Below are positions 24,701 to 37,109 of a DNA stretch of 64,000 bases, one piece after another. Both the position numbers and the translations under genes were made by a program. Under the pieces are notes generated by a model. That model was not told the DNA's origin, ran no database searches, and saw only the letters and a program-made list of their open reading frames with translations. The stretch covers positions 66,030,001 to 66,094,000 of the forward strand of contig NC_086373.1 of assembly GCF_036588685.1 (NCBI RefSeq), in the 5' to 3' direction. Numbering within the stretch: position 1 is the first letter of the stretch; every line of letters starts with the position of its first letter. The DNA is from Mytilus trossulus (lineage: Eukaryota).

Positions 24701-26016
24701 AACGCAAAGGAACATTATTAATCGCATCATACTTTCCGGCCTTGGCTGCATGCATGAATACGTGTAGCAATTCATTAATAAAACGTACACGTTATGCTGA
24801 AATCCAGTGGTATATACACATAAAGCTGCTATCAAGGACATGTAAAAATCGGAATATTCTATTTTTTTTTGTATTAAAACATATACAAATAAAAAAAAGG
24901 TGTGTAACTAATTTGTATCAAGTGAAAGTGCTTGTTTGATCTTAATTTTACTTCTACATGTTGCTTTATACACGATTTTGAATATACTATATATGGTGAA
25001 GTATTTATTGAAAAGAAGTAGTATTGATAGCTGACTCCTAACAGAGAACATTATTTAGTTCATAATTTTGTTTTTAAATTCTAATTATAGAAGAATTCAG
25101 ACGAAGTGTCCAAATAAACAAAAGAGGGTTTAAAAAATATTTATTATCAAAGTATGAAGAGGATAAAAGAATGATAGCACATTCTAAAACTAAAATACAG
25201 TGTGAGAAAACCGGTCCTCCACCAAATAAAGATTCTGTTTTGCATGCAACGTCAAATATACCATTGAAAAGGACATACGCATCATGTGACCTTGCACCAA
25301 AAGGCCCGACACCAGACTGCGTTGGCAATAGCATAAATGAACATTTCGCAATGTCAGTAGCAAACAAAGAGAATACTAAAATATCAAGAAACGACATTAA
25401 TGTAATGTTTGACAAAGAAAAGAACACAGAATCATCAAAACTATGTAACGAGCAGTCCTCCGTTTTAGAACCGATTTTGTCAGACCTAGAAAACACTTCA
25501 ACTTCTTTTCCTACAGAAAATGGAAGTGAAATATCATTGAACCAAATCAGGTTAGATCTGGCAATGTCATCTGACAGTTCAGTGGCTTCAGATCATGAAA
25601 AAAGTTTCAAAAATGACAATGCTTCACAAGGTAGGATACGTAGTGATCCATGTAGTGAAATCGCCGATTGCGCAGATTCCGGACATCTACTAGGACATGA
25701 AGATATTTCTACAAATTCACGTGATAAGAATAACCATACATCGTCAAAACCGGTTACTGTGATATCGACATTCTTCAGCCAAATAACCAATCAAACGATT
25801 TTGAAATCATTTAACCAAGGCAGAAACGTTGGATTTTTAATAGATTTTAATCCGCGGCGATTTGGTATTGTTGAACACGAAGACCATCATGAACAAAATT
25901 TTAATGCGATTCCTGCCAAGCCTACATTCAGCTACAGAAAAATGACAGAAAATCAGCGTTGGAACAATCTTTTGGCAGTCCGCAACACAGCACAAAAATT
26001 TACTCAGACAGTTTAA
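21726..26016 (+). CDS. Uncharacterised Q/N/P/H-rich low-complexity repeat protein, 2 coding exons (21726-24588, 25091-26016), ~1262 aa
   Basis: 2.86-kb open frame ends at donor G|GTGAGT (phase 1). Acceptor TTATAG at 25090 puts AA GAA TTC.. in frame with the 281-aa ORF to TAA 26016. No recognisable folded domain. Possible non-coding upstream exon ending at 20638 (donor GTAAGT). Confidence 0.75.
22830..23780 (+). repeat. Coding minisatellite, 33/36-nt units (NQQLQHAPxNT, NQQxQYSPNT)
   Basis: Recurrent AATCAACAGCTACAACATGCACCA..AACACGG, all in frame. Confidence 0.9.
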
Positions 26017-28169
26017 TAATTTTCCTCATATAAATGATGTATTTTGAATAAAAATGTACAATAAACAAAAAAACACAATGTTAATGACCACGTACACTTC
26101 TCGATGGAATACTTGTAAAGTCGGAGACGGCGTAGGTAGCTTTTGTTTCTTAAAAAACTTAATGTCTAGGGGTTTGATGAAAATATAAAATATACGATTC
26201 ATATGTTTCAACAAGGAGATGTTAAACTTAAAGTAAAATATTCCTCAGACAGTATCTGAAAATGAGAGTACCCTAAGAGTCACTTAAATAAATTAAACAC
26301 ACAAAACAAAACAAGCCCTTTTTGTACTAACCACACAACACCACACTGGATCAATATCTCACTATTGCCACTTTGATGTGGAAGGAATATACAGTTGTTG
26401 AAGAAAAAAAGCCGGCGAATTCCGTGCTTACATCACGTGAATACAATGGATCAGGCTAGAAGACTTAGGGCACATACAACCAGGGCTTATATATACGAAA
26501 ACACCTATTTTATAGATATCTTTATAGAACTGCTGCAGTTTTAAACGCTAAATGAGTTGATAATTATATGCTTAACGTCCAGTGTCACATATTTCATGCT
26601 TATTTCGCAATAGAGCGACACTAAAACAGATGAGTTGATTGGCGTTTTACGTTCAGTGCCCTATATTTCATGCATATTCAGGACACTTAAAATGACGGGT
26701 GGGTTGGTGTTAAACGTTCAGTAGCAAAACAAATACCACATTGACGATGATGACATTCAATTACTAGTATTATAATTTGCTTCATAAAGCTTCTATTTCC
26801 CTAGAAATGAAGAAATGCCTTATCAGAGACACATAATACATTGTATTATTATAGCTCTCTGACTTTATGAAGCAACTGACAATTGTAAAATGTCATATGT
26901 TACTGTCCACGAATTCGTCTACTAAAATGTGTGATTTCATATTGAAACCTTTGTTATAAAACAACTTGACCTATTGCTTATAGTTTTTCAAGGTCAGAGG
27001 AAGCATGCCAGGCAGACATGAACAGCTTTCAATTCTTCATTACAACAAAAAACAATTTACCTGTTGCTCATAGTGTAAGAAAAACAGACCAATAAAAACC
27101 CCAACCAAAACACTGAGCAATGATGAGTAGCAACAATGAACCATGAAAATGATGTTAAGGTCAAATAAAATCTGTAAGACTAACATGTACATTCTAAAAT
27201 ATGTCCATACCCCAAATATAGTTGACCTATTGATATAGTATTAGAAAAACGGACCAAAAACAAAAAAAAACAAACACTGAGCAATGAACCATGGAAATGA
27301 GGTCAAGGTCGCAAACAAAACAGGCAAGACTGACATGTACATCATAAAATATTTCCATACACCAAATATAGTTGACCTATTGCATAGAGTATTAGAAAAC
27401 AGACCCAAACTCAAAAACTTAACTTTGACCACTGAAACTTGAAATTGATGTCAAGGTCAGATGACACCTGCCAACTAGACATGTACATCCTACAATCATT
27501 CCAAACACCAAATATAGTAGTCCTATTGCATACATGAAAAACAGACCAAAATTCAACTAGAGGCTCTAATAGAGCCTGTGTCGCTCAACTTGGTCTATGT
27601 GCATATTAAACAAAGGACACAGATGGATTCATGACAAAATTGTGTTTTAGTGATGGTTATGTGTCTGTAGATCTTACTTTATTGAACATTATTGCTGCTA
27701 ACAATTATCTCTATCTATAATGAACTTGGCCGGCCCAGTAGTTACAGTGGAAAATGATTGTAAAAATTTACAAATATTATGAAAATTGTTAAAAAATGAC
27801 TATAACATGTATAAAGGACTATAACTCCTTAGGGTGCCAATTGACCATTTTGGTCATGTTGACTTATTTTCAGGTCTTACCTTGTTGTACATTATTGTTT
27901 TTGGTTTGGTTAAGTTTGTCTTAGTAGTTTCAGAGAAGATTTTTGTAAAAGATTACAAAAATTTAGGAAAATGGTTAAAAATTAACTGTAAAGGGCAATT
28001 ACTCCTTATAATAATAATAATAATCTTTATTTCAAGAGGGTATGCTCAATTAGTACAAACACTATTCTCCCTTGAGGCCCTCACACTCCACTCACAATGC
28101 AATTCACACAATTTCTTCATAACAAAGAAAAACATTAGAAAACATAAATCAAAGTTGATACATAGTCAT

Positions 28170-31100
28170 TTAAATAGTTCCTGGATTTTCAAGTAAAAAC
28201 TTAAAGCAGTTTGTTTTAAAAGTATTTATGTTTGACATGTGTCTTAGTGCTTCTGGTAGTTTATTCCATAAAGTTGGGCCAGAATATGAAAAAGATCTTC
28301 TAAATGTGTTTGTTCTTGCCTTTGGTATATTAAGTAATTGGGTAGTATTTGATCTAAGTTGCATTCCATTTTTATTTGAAACATAGGAGATTTTGTTAGA
28401 CAAATATTCTGGAACAGATCCATATAAACATCTATGAACATATAAGGCCTTGTGGTAAATCACACGATCAGTAAATCGAAGCCATGATAACTTTTTAAAC
28501 ATTGTATTAGATGGGGTATCATAAGGAAGTTCAAGAATAATTCTAGCTGCTCGTTTTTGAAGTTTATCTAATCTATTTGTATTTTGGTCACTGGTGTTTC
28601 CCCAAATTGTACAACAGTAATCCAAAATAGGGAGAAAATAACCATTAAAGTATAACTTTCGTGTTTCAATGGGTAGGGATTTCTTTATCCTAGACAAAAG
28701 ATTTAGCCTTGTACTGATTTTTGTGCACAAAGTGTCAATTTGGGCTGTCCACTCAAGATTTTCATCAATAAAAACCCCAAGGAGCTTTTCACAATTAACA
28801 TCTCTAATGTGTGAGTTACCAACACTCAAATTTAGAACATGGTCTGTTTTTGCTAGTTTCTGTCTAGAACCAATAACCATAGATGTAGTTTTTGTTGGAT
28901 TTATATACATCTTATTTCCCTTACACCATTCTTCAATTCTTTCTAAATCATTTGTAATGCTGTCCTGGATGGTATTGAGACTACGACCTGTGCAGTGAAT
29001 GGTAGTATCATCTGCATAGAGGTCTGCTTGAGATGAGGTTATATGAAGGGGCAAATCATTAATGAACAATAAAAATAAAAGGGGGCCTAATATGGAGCCC
29101 TGAGGTACTCCAGTTTTTATTTCTAGTGCCCTTGACTTAATTGTCCCATTTTCCACTTGTTGGAATCTATGAGATAGATATGATTTAAACCAGTTACATG
29201 ATAAATTTGAAATTTTGTAGCACTTCAGTTTTTGAAGAAGGATAACGTGATCTACCAGATCAAATGCTTTTTTAAAATCTAGGAAGATAATACCTATAAT
29301 TTCTCCATCATCAATTGCTTTCAACCACTGATCAATAAGTTTTAGTAAAGCAGTATGACAAGAGTGGTAGCTTCTAAATCCAGACTGACTTGCATGAAGG
29401 AGCTTATATTTTAATAGGTATCGGTATAGGTGTTTGCAGACATGCTTTTCAAAAATCTTTGACATAGTAGGCAAAATAGATATTGGTCTATAGTTGTCGA
29501 CAGTATCTTTAGGACCCTTTTTATGGCTTGGCATGACACGGGCATTTTTAAGCTCAGAAGGAAATATACCAGCAGTGATACTCCTATTTATAATATAAGC
29601 TATTGACGGTGAAATAACTTCTGATGATAATTTAAGTATGCGAGGACTTATCTGATCAATGCCTGTAGCTTTTGCATCATTTAAATTGCTAAGGCAGTCC
29701 TTAACTTCTGCAACTGTTATCAAGGGGATGTAAAACCAAGTATCTTGAGGTACTTTTGCTGCTACCTCCTCATAAATCTTGTTACTATCAAATTTGTATG
29801 ATTGAGATGTTGATAGGCTATCTTTTGGGGCAATATTTATAAAATGTTTGTTAAAAGCATCAACTATATGCTGAGTTTCTGTGATAACACCATTGTGTGT
29901 CTTAAGTTGGGATGGAAAAGGAGAGCTTTTTGTTTGGTTGAGCCCCTTGACATATTTCCATAATTCTTTTGGATTTTTAGCCTGTTCAATGGATGTTTTA
30001 TAAAATTTGTTTTTTGCATTATCTATAAGTGATTTGCTTTTGTTCCTCCAGAACCTGTATCTGTCTAAATCATGCTTTTTATGGTAGTAATCCCTGTTTT
30101 GTCTGGCAGTTAATATTTCAGGGGTTAACCATTCTGGCCTTTGAACATTTTTGACTCGCTTTGTTTTTATTGGAGCATGCTTATTTAAAACATTATTGAA
30201 AAGAGAATACCAGATATTTAAAGCTTTGTCTGTGTCATGTTCTTCTATCACATTATTAAAAGGTTTACATTGAAGTTCCTTTATAAAATTCTCTTCATTA
30301 AACTTTTTAAAACACCTATAAGTTATGATCTTGTGGCTAGAATCAGGTATTTCTTTAACATTTGTTTTTCTTGTAAGGCACACTGGGTAATGGTCACTTA
30401 ATGCCAAATAAGGAACATATGTTTCAATTATATTATCAGACTTATTTGTATAGATATGGTCAATGATCTTTTTACTTTTATCTGTTACTCTTGTTGGATT
30501 ATCAATAAGTTGTGTAAGACCATGGCACTGTATCATATGGGACCATTTGTTGTTACTACATCCTTGAGCATAGTCAATATTTATATCACCCATAATAATA
30601 ATTTCTAAATCTAAGCTTGATGCTTTACTTATTTCTAATTCAAAAGCATCTATCCAGTCTACTTTCATATCTGGTGGTCTGTAAACTGAACACAAAAGAA
30701 TAGGTTTTGTGGATGGAAAATTGATCTGAAGCCAAATTGATTCAACATTACCAATCTCTAAGTCTTTTCTCCTTTCATATGCCATTAAGTTGTTTATATA
30801 AACTAATACCCCACCCCCTGTTTTGTCTTGGGTTTCATGTCTATCTTTTCTTATTGTGTCATAACCATTTACTTCAATTAAATTATCACCTAATTCTGGA
30901 TTTAAGAATGTTTCACATAGACCCAAAATGTGTAAACTTTTCTTTTCATTAAGGGTGAGTCTTATTTCCTCAATTTTTGGCAATATGTGCTGAACATTGA
31001 GATTAGCTATTTTTAATCCCCTTTTTTGAAGACCGAATGAATTAAGCAATTTAGGATCATTAGTGTGTTTGCATTCACTTTGCAGTCCACTTCCTTTCTC

Positions 31101-31277
31101 ACCAACTATTTCACTCTTATTTGCATTGACACATGCATTAGCCTCAGGGAGAACTTCCATATTGGTAATAACACATACAGAGGATTTAGAACATGTTTCA
31201 TTAATGTCAATTAAAAGATTATCATAATCACAAGCACATGCCACTTTGTTACATTCATGACAGATATTACTTAACAC
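28170..31277 (-). CDS. LINE ORF2: apurinic endonuclease + reverse transcriptase (intact, 1035 aa)
   Basis: APE motifs ANLNVQ, GLCETFL, GGGV, YRPP, MGDIN, IDHIY, SDH; RT motifs NYRPISIL, DFKKAFD, GVPQGSILGPLLF, YADD, KLLGV. Confidence 0.95.
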   Translation of the reverse strand: MLSNICHECNKVACACDYDNLLIDINETCSKSSVCVITNMEVLPEANACVNANKSEIVGEKGSGLQSECKHTNDPKLLNSFGLQKRGLKIANLNVQHILPKIEEIRLTLNEKKSLHILGLCETFLNPELGDNLIEVNGYDTIRKDRHETQDKTGGGVLVYINNLMAYERRKDLEIGNVESIWLQINFPSTKPILLCSVYRPPDMKVDWIDAFELEISKASSLDLEIIIMGDINIDYAQGCSNNKWSHMIQCHGLTQLIDNPTRVTDKSKKIIDHIYTNKSDNIIETYVPYLALSDHYPVCLTRKTNVKEIPDSSHKIITYRCFKKFNEENFIKELQCKPFNNVIEEHDTDKALNIWYSLFNNVLNKHAPIKTKRVKNVQRPEWLTPEILTARQNRDYYHKKHDLDRYRFWRNKSKSLIDNAKNKFYKTSIEQAKNPKELWKYVKGLNQTKSSPFPSQLKTHNGVITETQHIVDAFNKHFINIAPKDSLSTSQSYKFDSNKIYEEVAAKVPQDTWFYIPLITVAEVKDCLSNLNDAKATGIDQISPRILKLSSEVISPSIAYIINRSITAGIFPSELKNARVMPSHKKGPKDTVDNYRPISILPTMSKIFEKHVCKHLYRYLLKYKLLHASQSGFRSYHSCHTALLKLIDQWLKAIDDGEIIGIIFLDFKKAFDLVDHVILLQKLKCYKISNLSCNWFKSYLSHRFQQVENGTIKSRALEIKTGVPQGSILGPLLFLLFINDLPLHITSSQADLYADDTTIHCTGRSLNTIQDSITNDLERIEEWCKGNKMYINPTKTTSMVIGSRQKLAKTDHVLNLSVGNSHIRDVNCEKLLGVFIDENLEWTAQIDTLCTKISTRLNLLSRIKKSLPIETRKLYFNGYFLPILDYCCTIWGNTSDQNTNRLDKLQKRAARIILELPYDTPSNTMFKKLSWLRFTDRVIYHKALYVHRCLYGSVPEYLSNKISYVSNKNGMQLRSNTTQLLNIPKARTNTFRRSFSYSGPTLWNKLPEALRHMSNINTFKTNCFKFLLENPGTI

Positions 31278-31334
31278 CTCAAACCTTGTAAATGTTTTTA
31301 CAGTAATTTCGGCTTCCTTATCTTTGCCACATCC

Positions 31335-32911
31335 CTAATTGTTTTTGGAATTTTTTAATTTATGTCCCAGATAACCACATTTATAACACTCAATTTTATG
31401 TCCAAAGTTACAGTTTCTAGTACTATGTCCACCTTCTCCACAGTTAAAACACTTGTTGCTTCTGCTGTTATTTTGCTTCTGTTTTAGGATTGGAATATAA
31501 CTATTATAAATTTTCAGAAGTTTAGCTGTTCCAAAGTCCGTCAAGTGTATTCCATCATACCAAAATAGTTTTCGTCTATTCACTCCAAATTCTTTTTCTG
31601 TTTTGATTTGAACGGCATCATAGTTTTCACATGTTTGTTTTATTATTTTGTTTATATCCGCCACATCACAATCTATCCTTGGTGTTGCTTCTGCTATGAA
31701 AACTTTTGTGTCTTGTGACCTATCATGAATATTCATAACAATTTCCTTTAAATCCTCTTGAACGGAAACCAGATCTCTCTTTTGACTGGCATCATTTCCA
31801 CCTGCTTGTATTATGATCTCGCTGCAGTTTTCAATGTTGATATTTTGCAGTTTGGTTCTAATATCCCTAAAATTTGCACCTCGGTTTGTTGAGACTTTAA
31901 TACTACGATCCAATCCTCTCAAATTAATTCTTTGCAGGATAGAACTGCCAATTATAATTTTGTTCTTTATTCCATTTTCATCTGTACCTTTTGAAGTTCG
32001 GACCGATTGACTTGGTACTGATTAACTTGCTGTTGAGGACTTTTGATTCTGTTAACATTTTGTGCTTCCTCAATTGTATGCTCAGTTTGCACTGATATTT
32101 CATGCCTACTCATCATAATTAAGTCTTTGTTAGGCTTTTCTATTTCTGTTTGAGTTGATGAGTCTCTCATTTCATTTGAGCACTGAATTTGCTTATCAAT
32201 AAGAGTTGGGGTGTTTATATTAGCTTTCTCCATAAGAGTTGAAACCAGTTCTTTTAATTGATCTATTTCCGATCTTAACATTAGTTCCAAAGACTGCTTA
32301 GCACAGGGTGTTGATGTCAGTTGAAAAGCAGCACTAGGATTCAATTTGTTGTTTTCTACTTCAGATTCATTAAAAGAACTTGTAGCTGACACCATATCTG
32401 AGTGTTCACTTATGTCGAACTCTAAATGTTTCATTTCTGTTTGGGAACTTTCCAATTTGAGCTCTTGAGTATTATTGTCTTTTGGTTGAGATGCAGCTTC
32501 AAACATCTCAGTGTTTTCATTTACTTTTTCAATCAACATTTTTGCAATGTTGTTGAAATAAGTGTCAATCCACTGTTTGCAACCTTTTCCTTGGACATGA
32601 AAAGTACATGTTTGTTTGTATATATGAAGAACTGTCTTCTGTCCATTTATAAAGGTGTTAAATACAAAACCATTATTTTCCCTGTCTTCAAAAAGTGTTT
32701 GGTCAAAACTTGTGAATAGAATATTTTGGAAAATATTGAAGATTGCATGAGCTTTAAATGTAATGACATATGAGCATGATCTGTCTGTACAATCTCTAAA
32801 GTCATAGTACTCACAATCTTTTGTGTATTCATTAACTTCCTCCAGATTAAATCCACTAAAATCTCCAATAAATGATGAAATGTTTTGGAAAAATGATGTA
32901 GTTATATCCAT
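31335..32911 (-). pseudogene. LINE ORF1 (N-terminal domain, coiled coil, SGNH esterase, two zinc knuckles), split by one frameshift near 31970-32020
   Basis: SGNH blocks IIIGSSIL (in frame upstream of the 195-aa ORF), GGND and DGIH; CFNCGEGGHSTRNC knuckle; second knuckle CYKCGYLGHKLKNS lacks its last Cys. Confidence 0.8.
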
Positions 32912-34990
32912 GTTTACTTAATGTTATTAATTTAAATCATGATTTGATCCTTAATATCAATAGTAAAAGCACTTGTACTGGAGCTCTAAAACACTTGTAC
33001 TGGAGCTCTAAAACACATCAGCAATGTCACAATGTCTCTGAATCACAATCACAAATTGATAACACATGATGTTGCATTGGAATGTATTTTGTGTATATCA
33101 GTTAAGGCGTCAACTGATCATTTTGGTCATGTTGACTTATTTGTAGATCTTACTTTGCTGAACACTATTGCTGTATAATTTTATCTCTATCTATAATATT
33201 ATTCAAAAAGCTAAAAACTTCACTTTGACCACTGAACCATGAAAATTTGTTCAAGGTCAGATTATACCTGCCAGCAAGTCATGTACACCTTACAATAATT
33301 TCATACACCAATATAGTAGACCTATTGCATAGGGTGTAAGATAAGCATACCAAAACACAAAAACTTAACTCTCACCACTGAACTATGAAAATGGGGTCAA
33401 GGTCAGATGATACCTGCCATTTGGAAATGTACACTTACAGTCCTTCCATACACCGAATGTATTAGACTTATTGCTTATAGTATCTGAGATATGGACTTTA
33501 TCACCAAAACTAAACCTTGTTCACTGATCTATGAAAATAGATTGAGGTGAAGTGAAAACTGTCTGACAGGCACAAGGATCTTGCAAGGTAAGCACATACC
33601 AGATATACTTATCCTATTACTAATAATAAGAGAGGAATTAACATTACAAAAAATATTAAGTTTTTTTCAAGTGGCCACTGACCCATTAAAATGAGGTCAA
33701 GGACAATGGACATGTGACAGACGGAAACTTGGTAACATGAGGCATCTTTATACAAATTATGAGGCATCCAGGTCTTCCACCTTCTAAAGTAAAAAGCTTT
33801 TAAGAAGTTAGATAAGCCATCCCTTTGTCGAGCTTTCTGTGACAAATGTCGCAGGCTCGACAAAAATGACAAAATCCTCATATTAAATGCATGCAATAAT
33901 TTCTGAATTTACAGCAATCAAAAGTTAGCAAACACCACAGCGGACATGTTGATGAATCCACCCTTGCCAATTTAAACAAGACCACGACACCTAGGTAAAT
34001 AACCGTTCAGCTAGACAGATAAAACTTTAAACATTTCTATAGACACAAATGTATTTCTTGAATAACCAGCAGAAACCTAGAAACTGAACTTAATGTTGAC
34101 GATTTAAGCATTTCAAGAAGTCAAAGGTCAGGCGACTCCTGTCTGGTTATCAGGTTCACCTTATATGTTCACCTTATAAAAGTTACTATGAAATTGTCCT
34201 CAGCATTGATACTGATCAAGAAAATTTTACTTTGAACCATGAAAATATGGATTAAGTCAAGTGACTCCTGTCAGACAGACATGCACCTTACAATGAGTCT
34301 TGACATCCAATATTGCTGACCTATTACTTAAAGTAGCACAGTCAGTCAAGACTTTCAAGGATTCAATGATGAAACTGGATTAAATTCTGAAAATTTGGGG
34401 GTATGGGGTTCTATATGCTAATAAAACCCATGGCAGTACTTTCCAGTATGTTTGTTTTGACCATGCCCGTTTTGGAGGTGTTACATCTTACAAAGACTAT
34501 CTGACTTATTGTGCAAAGATTCTACGGACACCAATACTAGGGGCCATCTTAAACTCGCAGTGAGGTGAAAGATTTTTTTAACCTTGTTGAAGGCCTTATT
34601 GTGACTTTTTCTTATACTTAATGGTACAGTTACAACTTAAAGCAAATAAAACACTTGATTTATAAAATAACAAATCTAAAACTTCAATAAATTTATTAAA
34701 TATAATTATTATATCTTTACATAATTCTAAAAATTCTTTAAACAAACATGCCCCCTTTTTTTTTTTAATAAAGAACAATCAACGAACAACAGTCTAACTA
34801 TTCACAAACTTTAAGTAAAATATCACAGATTCTAATACTAAAGAAAATTCAAAGGCGACCATTTTCTTACAAGAGGTCTTTTTTATAAGCCCCATTATAA
34901 ACTGTTAGCTAAAGAAAGGAAAATTGCTCAGGTGTCTCTAAAAACTTTCATTTGCTAAAATCATTCCTGAACAATTTAAATTTCTAGTTA

Positions 34991-35170
34991 CTGTGGATTT
35001 ATTTTGGTGGGTACCAATTTTCGCAATAAATTTGCATTTTCTTCAATATCTAATTTCTTGGTTCAGCTGAAGTCTGCATACAAGCATTTATAAAATTTGA
35101 TAACATTTAATTTCGTGGTTCCAACAAAATCCACAAAAATTGGTATCCCAAAAATAAAATGAATCCCTAG
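34991..35170. mobile_element. Small palindromic TA-flanked MITE; second copy 36799-37000, older copies about 11400-11650
   Basis: TA CTGTGGATT..GGGTACCAATTTT / AAAATTGGTATCC..GAATCC(A)CAG TA. Confidence 0.6.
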
Positions 35171-37109
35171 TATCAGTTCTTACAAAGGCTTTAATGAATT
35201 GTACCACTTTCAAGATAAATGACTTTTTTTGAGATCAGCATTATACAACCACTTCATTTCAACATATACAAAAGTATACATAAATAAGGCAATAAGTAGA
35301 CACAGTATTGTTCTTGACCTAGTAATGTTCAAGCTATAATACCTGTATAATGTAATAGGAATAAGAATTGACAAAGTAATCATTGAGTATTAATCAGCAA
35401 TTTGTATATTTTCTCTTTGATCTTGCAACAAATTTTGAAATCCTTGAAAAAAGTATGCTATCACATGACATATCAGCTTGCTTAATATTCTTGCTGATAA
35501 AGTCCGTATATAAAAAAAGAAAGATGCAATTATTCTACATATATATATTCAATGTATTAAGAGTGTGTATCAACATGATGATACACTATACTACGTATAT
35601 GATACAGCTGCAAAAGTTGCCATCAATTAAAACTGATTAACAAATAACTAGACTTTGGTTTTACGGGACAAATAATCACACAATCTGTATACTATATGTA
35701 ATTTTGACTTAGAATACTCATTGTTTTTTTTTAAATAAAAATTATACAAATACTTTTGTATATTATTGTAAAATAGGCCTCAACACACTAAACATCTTAT
35801 CTCTAACAGGATGGCTTACTAAGAATAGCCTGTAAAATCCACTTTAAAAGTGGTACTTCTGATAATCTTTGCTTCATTTGACTTCGAAGAAGCACATGAT
35901 GAAGTAAGGAAATAATAGCTTTAATTCAGTAAAAAGTAACACACAATCTGATAAAAAATAGAGATCCTGTGTTCACTTTCTGTTCTGGTGTTAACCCAAT
36001 CAGCCAAGCAAAGTCTAGCCTTCACATTTTTAAAAGTTAGTTTCATTTGGAAAAAAAAGATGATTCTGAAAATTCTCTTCAACAGAATGTCAGATTTTTA
36101 TAAGTAAAGCGGGGATACAGCATGAGTACTTTTGGAACTAACATTTTTCAATATTAGTTCCATCTTATACAGAAAGACATACAGTATTCAACATTCAAAT
36201 AATATTTTGAAGTATATGAAAACTTTCCACTAATTCATTTTTCTACACTAAACTACATCAATTAAAACAAATTAAAAACTTAAACAAATAAATTAACAAA
36301 ATAAACAAAACATATATATATTAATGACTGAAGCACCATACAAGCTTTAAATAAATAAATGGCACAATATCTAATATCACAATATGCTCTTTTTCAACAA
36401 AGTACAAAGACTCAATTTCCATTTTAGTACCAATAGAATTTGGATGTCTTGAAAACATATACTCCCACTCTTAAGGAGGCAAGGACTTAAATATTTGCCA
36501 ATTAAATTAAGTAATTTTAACTACAACTATGAGCTATATCATTCTTATAATGGCATCCTAAAACTATTGAATATATTTTGGTTTAAGCATAATTTCTTAT
36601 CACATCTAATTTTGTTGGGAGTTAGACAAAAGCTGCTTGGAATAAAAGACCCTTGTTTATCCAAACACTATTTAGAAATTTCATGCACCAGTAGTAAAAA
36701 TTGTCTGTTCTAAGATGCACATGTTTTTATGAAAATATTCTATTGCTTTTATTCAATATTTTAATTAATTTGTAACTTTCATTGCAAAAACAACATAACT
36801 GTGGATTCATTTATTTTCATGGGTATCAATTTTTGTGGATTGAGGAAAACTTGGCTGTTTGTGAATATTTGATTTTGTGATTTAGCAATTGCTGTAAACT
36901 AAGCTTATTTAAAATTTGTAATTCAATTCATTTGGTGCACCTGTACCCATGAAACCTGCAAAAATTGGTATCCATCAAATATTAACTAATGAATCCACAG
37001 TATTTGTTTTGCATAGCACTATGATTAATTAATTTAAAGCAACAATATTCACCTTTTTGTCTTCAATTGGAGATCATCAGGAAGAATACAATCATTTAAT
37101 TATTTTTAA

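Larger units (their letters stand above)
28009..33101 (-). mobile_element. Full-length non-LTR retrotransposon, L2/CR1 group
   Basis: 5'UTR with a 22-bp direct repeat CACTTGTACTGGAGCTCTAAAA (about 32970-33013), ORF1, APE-RT ORF2, (ATT)n tail at 28009-28024; host repeat rejoins across the ends with TTA on both sides. Confidence 0.92.
27557..33213 (+). mobile_element. Second copy of the 3369-type Helentron-like element, interrupted by the LINE
   Basis: Same head CTAGAGGCTC..GAGCCTGTGTCGCTCA; consensus AAGGGCAATAACTCCTTA|AGGGGTCAA is broken at 28008/33102; ends AGCTAAAAA. Confidence 0.7.
26960..33866 (+). mobile_element. Helentron-type satellite-bearing element (CAAGGTCA repeat family), outer host of nested insertions
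   Basis: Tandem units with TTGACCTATTGC..CACTGAACCATGAAAAT..AAGGTCA at 26960-27555 resume at about 33214; 3' end GTCGAGC..TGTGACAAATGTCGCA GGCTCGACAAAAA. Confidence 0.6.

Noticed and set aside
31967-32020. Programmed -1 frameshift in LINE ORF1
   Set aside because: No X XXY YYZ slippery heptamer is visible in the overlap; a simple indel is more likely.
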